A DNA stretch of 63,876 nt, the filler included. It is 6 parts of 6 records of this genome, joined end to end, with 100 filler letters (N's around TTAATTAATTAA, not from the genome) between each part and the next. Parts side by side here need not be neighbours in the genome. Positions count along the whole stretch, not along the records: positions 12,961 to 25,027 come from DRR723986_25414; positions 25,128 to 30,621 come from DRR723986_25415; 4 more parts are not named here. One strand, given 5' to 3'. Position numbers and translations under genes: made by a program. A model generated the notes under the pieces. The model had not been told where the DNA came from. It did no database searches and was given only the letters and a program-made list of their open reading frames with translations. Of the stretch, positions 19,408 through 27,562 are shown one piece after another. Every line of letters begins with the position of its first letter. Position 1 is the first letter of the stretch.

Positions 19408-20163
19408 TGAATGATGTCACTAGAAATTGCAAGGAATATTAGGTTAACGAGAGTTTAACGCCGTTTTGGCCTGAACCATCGCTTCGATGTTGCTACGACG
19501 CAATATTTGGCAATCGACCTGTCTGTGAAGTAACATGATATGATAGACGACCCTGCTATTCTCTCTATATTACAATAGGTTGCGTTGAATCCGCCATTGT
19601 TGTCGTCTAAAAGAATACCAGATTGATTTCTCGACAAATTCGCCAAAAAGACACTAGCTCGATCGCGGGTTCCACGTGCGAATTCCACAGCTAGCAATTA
19701 CCAAGGCGTTATTTGCTCCCTGCGATTGGTGACGAACCTGATTCTTTGGCAGGTGTTCAGCTGGATACAGTAGTGAGTCGCCCTAGCTTATCCATGGCGG
19801 CAACTTAGACATCACCGATCATCAAACGCTCTGCAGATGACTTCCAGCGACTACATACTAGGTAGATGAGTGCCCGGATCTGACATGAGAAGGCGAAAAG
19901 CAACAAACGGGCGTGCCCCCTCGCCGACGCATTCAGGTGGCCTCATCGGCTTCGCCCCCAATGCCCCCGGGTAGGCGCAACGCATTCAAGCCTGTTTAAA
20001 CGCTGCTCAAAAACGTTCATTCCCGCGAAAGTGAGATTCAGATACGGACGGTGCTTTCAAGGCTGGTTTGATACGGGCCACCCATACTCAAGATTCAATC
20101 TTGGTGCTGTGGCTAACAGATGTCAGGCTCTCTGGAACGCGCGCGCCAGCCTAGCTTGGCCGC

Positions 20164-20830
20164 GTGATAAACCAGACCACCTCTTCTTCTGACAGCGCCC
20201 ATGTTGTTATTGAAATCGCCACAGCCAGTGCTGACGCCACAACGGCGACCACCCTGGAAAGGATCAAGATCCTTCCTACCAGCAACTCAATGTCTCGCGA
20301 TGGTCGCTCCTACATTTTTCACGTCAAGGCGTTCAATGCCGACGGCGTCGACATCCGTGTCGATCTCGAATACGACATTTCGAAAACCGATGAGCCGGAT
20401 CGGCTGTGTGTCCGTTTCAACTGGGTGGGCGCCGTCAAGGACATATTGTAAACAAGAAGCTGGCGGTTCATTTCCCCAGCTTACTCTCACCAAAAAGGCA
20501 GTGTCACTTGGCTGTTTTCCGTCGTGCTTGTGGAGGGGCCCGGCACTCGCAATGCAGACGCTCGCTAACGCCTCACCAGAGTCAGTTCCGATAGTGTTTA
20601 TTGCCAGGCTGTTGGCTGGGCACGAATACGGACGACGGGACCTGCCTGACCGTCATGCTTGCCCTGTCGACCTGCAAGTTCAACAGATCCGTTCGTGGGT
20701 AAACCTTGGCCAAACTGTCGGCCGCCACTGAAGATCCTGCACCCTGACAGCGTGAAGCCACACGAAGGATATTGATGAGCTACTTGAAAGCCCGCTCGCA
20801 GAGAAGGTGATCTTTCCTGCTGCAGACAAG
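20164..20830 (+). pseudogene. Decayed Mu-like prophage protease/scaffold (gpI/Z) gene; 3' end approximate
   Basis: Across stops and frameshifts reads IKILP...RDGRSY...FNADGVDIRVDLEY...RFNW...DIL*TRSWRFISPAY...SVVLVEG/PALAM...IARLL/LGTNTDDGTCL...*TLAKLSAATE.../DIDELLESPLAEKVIFPA, the motif order of Mu I proteins. Confidence 0.8.
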
Positions 20831-21070
20831 GTGCAGACGTTTGACCTTGTTTAAATGCCCTGTTCGCGAGCATACGTTACTACAATCCGGCGCGGCTGGC
20901 ATACATACGTTTCCTCTCCTTACCAGCCGTTTCAAGTGCTTTTATAATCGCGGCTCATCCTCCAGATGCCTCAGTGTTTTGGGCCTTACGCTAGACATCA
21001 GACACAGCGTTGCCGGCAAACTCGACCTAGAAAGGCCGTAGGCTTGTTGCTCGCGGCAGAGCCTCAAAGC

Positions 21071-21090
21071 AACTTATCAATTGATAAGTT
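21071..21090. promoter_or_regulatory. Candidate parS palindrome 1
   Basis: Perfect 20-bp palindrome AACTTATCAATTGATAAGTT, about 1.7 kb upstream of repA. Confidence 0.6.
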
Positions 21091-21333
21091 CCCCCTAGCT
21101 AGTCGTAAGGCGCACTTAAGGACGATAGATGCAGCCTTGCTCGCGAAAGTGACCACGAAGGCTGCCGAGACCCGAGATGCTTTGCCCGACATCCAGAATT
21201 TAAGTAGTATCACAAGACTAGCCCACCGCTCATAGTGGCTGAATTACTCGAGCATATTGCCAATAGGTGACGAGGCTGCGTTTTTATGGGTGCTCCTATA
21301 AGCTAATGAGCGCGGGCTGCCTTTCGAGCGAAA

Positions 21334-21349
21334 CTTATCAACTGATAAG
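21334..21349. promoter_or_regulatory. Candidate parS palindrome 2
   Basis: CTTATCAACTGATAAG, 15/16 identical to the core of palindrome 1 and 261 bp away. Confidence 0.6.
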
Positions 21350-21954
21350 CGTGGTCAGCGCGATCGGATGAGGCCGTATAATCTAAACACTCTCGCAATT
21401 TCAGATGCGCAAAACTCTTCACTCCAATGTTTCCGTGAATCATGCACATGCGTTGTTCTGTCACTAAAGGCGCATCCATTCGCCCCCCTCCCCAGGATCC
21501 TACCAGGCTGTAACAGCTGGTCCGCATGTTCATCCTTGCCATCCTGAGGCAAGCTGCTCAACAATAACAACGAAGCTATCCGCAAGAAGATGTTGAAGCT
21601 CCTTCGCTTCATCCCAGTGCGCGACCAGCCGATATCGATTTCTTCCTGCCCCACAAAAATTGGCCGGATTGATCGGTAATCAGATTTTCAGCGTTTTCGT
21701 ACGCATAGAATGGCGTCGCGCTCCGCGCACTGGTTTGCATTCCTGCTGTCTGTTTCGAGGCATGCGTGGTCAAACGAAATTTCTTCTGACCCAAAAGGAC
21801 CACTCTCTCCGGTGCTCTTACGGCGTTTTGATCGCCATGATGTGGTCGCTAACAACAAGGGCAAGGTTACGGTTCTGGGCAAGTTCAGGTTAAACTGTTC
21901 ATCAATTCCAGGAAACGATACCGGATTGCTTTGTCAGACGGCAACGCTTCCCGA

Positions 21955-22833
21955 TCAGATGTACTCGTCACCGGGAACGCAGACCGCTCTCCGGTCGTCA
22001 AACAGAAATTCGGAAATGTGCCGCATCACATTGGCCCGGTGGAGGTTCGTATGGAAGCCCAGTTGCCTCAGACCAACGGCATACTCTCTGAACGTGGGGT
22101 CCGGCGCAGCGGGATTAGGCATAAAAAAGAGTTCTTGGTAGCGGAAAACCGGCTTATATCCGGCAAACGACAGCCCGATTAGTTCCCGGGCTAACACTCT
22201 TGGTACATTATAGTTCTGGTCCCAGAGCATTCCGATGTTCCGGTTCATGAACTCCTGCCAGGCCCATGTGGGATAATCGATCCGAATGCCTTGGTTCAGG
22301 GCCTGCCATTCCCTGGCTTCTTCTTCGCACTGTCGCCAGATAGGGCCTTCCTTGGCTTCAAGCGCAATGTGGAATGTCTGATGGCCCGTCGCTGCGCCGA
22401 TGATAAGGGCGTCATTCAGAATTGGTGTCCAGTCCTTTTCACTTAAAATACTCCCGACGCCTTGTACCGCCACGGGGTTTCTGGCTACCGGGCCATTTCC
22501 ATTGCCCTGACCCTCGCCCCTTCCTCTCCTTCGCCGGTATTCTTCCTGCTGTGCAATCCAGACCGTTTGCTGGTCCTGGATCCCATTGGCAGCAGTAATC
22601 CCGAAATTGGCGATCAATTCCTTACAGGTTCGGATTCCAGTGCCTCCCAGAAGCGTCATGCCCAACTGGTTCCGTGCAGTCGCATCGTAAAGCCGGAAAG
22701 CAGCATCGATGTAATGGTCCATGTGATTGCGCTGGTTCCAACGTGCCCAGCGATTAACCCAGGCGTTGTCCGCTCGGTAGACGTCTACGACCGCATTGAT
22801 GTCACGCCCGAATTGTTGCCTGGTAAGTGGCAT
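21955..22833 (-). CDS. Hypothetical 292-aa protein with a toxin-like motif pattern
   Basis: Intact ORF with a GAGGG RBS-like site and no signal peptide. Motifs GSILSEKDW..ILNDALIIG...FHIAL and LWD...RVLARELIGL...GY. Confidence 0.8.
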   Translation of the reverse strand: MPLTRQQFGRDINAVVDVYRADNAWVNRWARWNQRNHMDHYIDAAFRLYDATARNQLGMTLLGGTGIRTCKELIANFGITAANGIQDQQTVWIAQQEEYRRRRGRGEGQGNGNGPVARNPVAVQGVGSILSEKDWTPILNDALIIGAATGHQTFHIALEAKEGPIWRQCEEEAREWQALNQGIRIDYPTWAWQEFMNRNIGMLWDQNYNVPRVLARELIGLSFAGYKPVFRYQELFFMPNPAAPDPTFREYAVGLRQLGFHTNLHRANVMRHISEFLFDDRRAVCVPGDEYI

Positions 22834-23260
22834 AGTCTCATCCCTCAGATAAGTCTGGATTGCTGTTGACGTACAAATAAGCTTCGCAAGGAGACCTTGC
22901 CTATGACCGGCGACACAGCAAGCGCCAGGCCATTAGATTGGAAATCAGGAGAAGTGTTTCAGTCGGTCGAACACGCGACAGCTCCCCAGTTACGAGGCCG
23001 CAATAAAGCTGTTATATCCTGCCCTCAGCAACGTGGTTCAAGAATGGAAACGGCTCGTCAGAAAGTGACGTAACCAGGCCTCGAGTAAAAAATACCCGAA
23101 CCGTCGCAAGCGTTACACTCAAGGACTACATCAAAAAAGACCCTTTACTTTGCTCAAAATTGTAGAATTAATAAATGCAAAACAAGAGGTACCAACCTAT
23201 TCTTCTAAAACTAACTATCGGCGCTTCTTTTTACGAGACACCCGTCCCACAAGGAAATTC

Positions 23261-23698
23261 ATGACCAATAAATCAGAGAACGACATCGCGCAGGACGCTG
23301 CATTCGTTGAACTTACATGCGAAATCGTTTCGTCCTATGTGTCCAATAATACGGTTGCCTCTCCGGAATTGGCAGACCTGATATCATCCGTTCACATGGC
23401 TCTGACTTCAGCAGCACAGAAGGCGCAGGAACCATTAGTAGAAGAACTGGTTCCCGCAGTACCGATCAAGAAATCCGTTACTGGCGACTACATCATCTGT
23501 CTGGAAGACGGCAAGAGGTTCAAATCTCTCAAGCGACATTTGCGTTCCCACTACGACCTTTCACCCGAAGATTATAGAGCCAAGTGGAACCTGCCGCTGG
23601 ACTATCCGATGGTTGCCCCAAACTACGCTGCTACACGATCTGCTTTGGCCAAAAAAATGGGCCTAGGACAAAGAAACGCAAGGAAAAACCGAAGCTAA
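23261..23698 (+). CDS. mucR: Ros/MucR family transcriptional regulator
   Basis: AAGGA RBS. ELT.EIVSSYVSNN, PAVPIKKSVT.DYIICLEDGKRFKSLKRHL..HY and KWNLP.DYPMVAPNYA..RS.LAK.MGLG motifs. Confidence 0.95.
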   Translation: MTNKSENDIAQDAAFVELTCEIVSSYVSNNTVASPELADLISSVHMALTSAAQKAQEPLVEELVPAVPIKKSVTGDYIICLEDGKRFKSLKRHLRSHYDLSPEDYRAKWNLPLDYPMVAPNYAATRSALAKKMGLGQRNARKNRS

Positions 23699-25027
23699 AC
23701 CCCGCAACACCCTAGCTTCGCTACCCCGCGCCTATAATCTTCTTGTGACGGGGAGGAGTAAGGCTATACCTGAAGCAATTTGGCTGCGATTGGCATCGAT
23801 TGCGAAGAATAGATCTGACCGAATTTCGAAAAATAACCGGCCAGATCGGCTTGGTATCAGGTAATGCCCTCGATATCCTGACAGAACAGCAACTGCATGC
23901 CGAATATGCGATGTTCGCACCGAACTGTGCGGGGGAGGGGCGCACGAGCTGGCCAGAAAACGAGTCTCGGTCCGCAATGAACTCAATTGACCAGAAACTC
24001 GGCCCAAGAATAGCTTCCAAGACTAAGCTACGTGTCATACCCTAACAATCTGGCGGATAGCTTGCCGCAAACGCTAGGTCTTTTCGCTTTCGCGTGTTTG
24101 CAACGGGGCAAATTGACGTTCGGCAAAGATCTCCACCAACGACGGTTCGACAATATTGGCAAGGGCGAGGGACTAGTGTTCAAAATTCGCGATATCAACA
24201 TCGTCCGGTGCGGCTGATGCGGAAGTAATCATACAAACCGATTTTCGTACTGATCGATTTGGATCGCGGAACTCTTCCGAGGTTCGAAACAACACCGTCC
24301 ATCAAAAATCGCCGCAGACAGACCAAACACCAGTTCCGATTGAGCTTTGGTAACTCACGGACATATTTACCCAACGCTAATTTCGTTGTGGGGTAAGGGT
24401 GGTACAACTGCCACCTCTTAAACCATGTTTTGCCGGGAATTTATTGAAATCGCTCCAAAATGAAAAAGCAGCGCGCTCTCACTCACAGGCGAATTCGTTG
24501 AGAGCACGCTGCAGTGACAATGCACTTGATCAACGGTGCCTAGAAATACTATCAGTTCTTAGCCAAAGAACATACTCCGGAATATTGACATTTTTACTTT
24601 ACTAAAAGTTGTCTTTATTTTGATCACTCTTCGTATTAGTCGCTACGAGAGGCCTATTTTCTGAGACTTATCGAGGCTCGTTTCAGCCTTTCTGACGCTA
24701 AGTGTTTACCTAGAACATCAGTCTTAAATGGCGCAAATATGAGAAAATTGGCCTTTTCCATTTTTTAAACAACAAGATATCACAGTGCACCGCATACACG
24801 AGTTCACTTTTTCGCCTCAACCGTCAGTCGCTTGCTTGCCGCGAAGTTATTCGCAAAGCTAAAGTATTGCTAAAATCTTACTAGCGGTCGATGGGGCCGT
24901 GCATTCATTGCAACAAAAAGATCTGGCCGGACGTCAATCGACATCCGACCAGATCGATACGGTTCCACAATCTCACCCCAACAATCTGGCCGACCGTCGT
25001 CTGCTGCGCCCGGCATCGCTGTAATAG

Positions 25028-25127
25028 NNNNNNNNNNNNNNNNNNNNNNNNNNNNNNNNNNNNNNNNNNNNTTAATTAATTAANNNNNNNNNNNNNNNNN
25101 NNNNNNNNNNNNNNNNNNNNNNNNNNN
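25028..25127. other. Synthetic contig spacer
   Basis: Same 100-bp block. Confidence 0.99.
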
Positions 25128-25958
25128 GCTGAAGCTGACCGCCGAGAACACGCCGATGCCCCGCGCGCCGGGGTTGTAGGGCAGAGTGACGGGATCGTAG
25201 TAGCTGCGCACCTCGCCGATGCTTTCGTCGTACCAGATCTCGATACGCGAGGTGTTGTCGGGATAGGTCGCCCGGACGGTGCCCCGGTCATCGTTGTTCG
25301 AGGTCGGCGAGATCACCGCGCCGCCGTCGATGAAAAGACACTGGGCCTCGTTGGGCTGAAGCAGCCCCGTATCGCCGGACCCCGGCCCCGGTCCGACCAC
25401 GACCGAGGGTGAGGCGCTCAGCGTCGTGAGGGTCGGGTTGCCGTTGTCCCCGAAGGCGGTGATGAAATCGCAGCGGTCGGCGGTGTTGAAGTTGTCGGTG
25501 CTGTCGATGTCGAGAATATCGACCGTCAGGTTGTCGACCTGAACCGCGATGCCGCCCGAACTGGCCGAGACGGTCGCCACGATGCGGTCGTCCCCGCGCC
25601 GCCCCCGGTTCAAGGGCGCATCGCCGATGATGATGAGCGATTCCTGATTGCCACCGAAGATTGCGGTATCGTCGGGCGAGGGCGTCGGCGCGTTGCCGTT
25701 GTTCGGATCCGGATAGGTGCCGAGCGCGCCGGTGATCTCGACCGTGCCGTCGATCTGAAAGCCGTATTGGTCGCGCAGGGTCCTGACCAGGGGCCCCCGG
25801 TTCCCGGCGGGCCAGTCGAAGGTGCTGAGATCGAGCTCGAATTCGCCGGCCTGCGCCACGGGGGCAGCGGCCTGCGAAAGAAACGCCGCAAGAAGCGCGC
25901 AGGTCGCGCTGCGGTGTCGGGGCGACAGTCTTTTCAATGAACCAACCTCGTTCTGCAT
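25128..25958 (-). CDS. Secreted/surface protein N-terminus, 3'-partial
   Basis: Signal peptide ending AQA, then a beta-rich Asp/Gly/Thr-rich domain with LDIDS and two Cys; GC-rich third codon positions; runs off the contig. Confidence 0.75.
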
Positions 25959-26260
25959 TCTTTGAACTGGGTTGCGAAACCGGCTGAGGTTGCGCGAACG
26001 ACCAACTTAGGGAATGCCACGCCCCGGCCCTCCCGCGCATGGGGAAGAGAGGCAGGTGGGGACTGCCATCGGCTATCGCTCTATGCTTCGGGATAGCGGC
26101 GGGCACCTCGGGCCCGACCGCCGTCGAGGCATGGGCTTTCGGATAGCCGTCTATCCGCAATCCATGGCGGTTCGTCTTTCGCCACGGCATATGGCCCGGC
26201 CGTCTCGGGCATCCTGGGCATGGGTCGTAAACCCGAAACCCTCAGAGCGAGGAGACCGCC

Positions 26261-26530
26261 ATGCACAGGACAACCGACCACCAGGACGACGGGCAGCGTG
26301 GATCGCTGATGGCCGCGCTGATCTGCATCGTGCTGATCGGCTTCGGGGCCTTCGGGGCGTTCCTCACCATGGAGTTCGGCATTCTGAAGGCCTATGCCCT
26401 GGCCTCTCTGCTGAGCAGCCTAGGCGGCTTTCTCCCCGTGACCCTCCAGACGATCGTCGACCGCCGCCCCTATGGCGGCGCGGCTCGCACTCGGCCCACG
26501 CCCTACGGCGGGGTGCGCCGCCTGCCCTGA
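26261..26530 (+). CDS. Small two-TM membrane protein
   Basis: GAGGAG RBS before the ATG, two hydrophobic segments, 89 aa. Confidence 0.6.
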   Translation: MHRTTDHQDDGQRGSLMAALICIVLIGFGAFGAFLTMEFGILKAYALASLLSSLGGFLPVTLQTIVDRRPYGGAARTRPTPYGGVRRLP

Positions 26531-27562
26531 GGCCGCTCGCGCCCTGAACGCGAAGGGCCTCCCTCCGCCCGGGACCGTGACGTGCCGTGCCGCCGCTGAT
26601 TACCGGCACGCGGCAGCGGGCCGGGACATTGCCGCTCCGGTCCTTCGGGCGGCATCGCGTCGCCGCTCGCTCCCTGATCCCGGGCCCGGGTCCTTTCGCC
26701 ACCAGAACGCGTCCGGCACGGCACGGGCGTTTGGGACGCCCCATGGCCAAGGGCCCGCCGCTGCGACGGTGGACGCCCCCAAACGGCGCATGTCACGCAA
26801 ACCCCCCCACCCGTCTTGCACCAGTGCCCCCTCGGTCTGTTTCATGACACGACCGCCCATCCCCGGCTGACAGGCAGACCCGCCCCATTCCGCCGCCGGA
26901 CCCGTCGCTGCGGGTGGGGCGGCCCATGGCTCGGGCGGCGCGCATGTCCCCGAAGAACGGCGCACCGGCGCGGAGGGGCCCCATCCGGTTCGCACCAAGC
27001 AGAGCGGCGCCCGGGCGGCGGTCGAGGCCCAAGCCCTCGGCAGCCTGTCCGCTTCAAGGGTTGGCGGCGACTAGCGTCCCCGGGCTGGCGGTCAGGCGGC
27101 CTCGCCCCGGCCCATACTCCCCCCACCCCCCCAAAGCGCGGCATGAACCGCGCATGTGCTCAAGGTCCCGGCGGCGGTGGTCGAACGGCCCCACCGACAG
27201 GCAAGCCGGCGAACAGACCATCCTTTCGGCTCATTCTGCGCGGGACGTATAGCCGGCCCATACGGTCGGCGGACGCAGCGTAATCTTCGGCCCATGGGAA
27301 TGCCCTTGCAGCAAAGGCGTGATCCTTCCGCGCCCTGAAAGGCCCGGCGGTTTGATGGTTCATTAACCTTGTACCGCAGCAAGACCATAGACCGCCACAC
27401 AGCCGACATCCGCCCCTTCCGATCCCTGACGCCGCGCCCCGACCGGGCGTGAGCGACGCCGTTTTCCCGAATGCGCACCGACTGGCTTCGCCAAGGAACC
27501 AGCCCCGTCAGAGGTCCTGTCGGGGAACGGTCCCGGTGTGCCTGCCCTCCGGAGGCCCCGAC

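Noticed and set aside
19753-19768. GTGTTCAGCTGGATAC as a parS site
   Set aside because: Single imperfect palindrome with two mismatches to the rhizobial consensus; the duplicated CTTATCA-NN-TGATAAG sites are better supported.
21303-21893. Short ORFs downstream of the toxin-like gene as a possible immunity gene
   Set aside because: Several overlapping frames, none with a clear RBS or recognisable sequence; cannot be supported.
23721-24605. Short ORFs after mucR
   Set aside because: Fragmentary in all frames; possibly a decayed gene, but no family recognised.
12913-25291. ORF-track entries containing X runs (12913-13098, 24891-25079, 25076-25291; likewise 25080-25958 and 30187-30669)
   Set aside because: They read into spacers, so their ends are artefacts. 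Only the real-sequence parts were used.
26530-27340. GC-rich intergenic region with short recurring words and many overlapping ORFs
   Set aside because: Matches are short and expected at this GC content; no consistent repeat unit or RNA motif.
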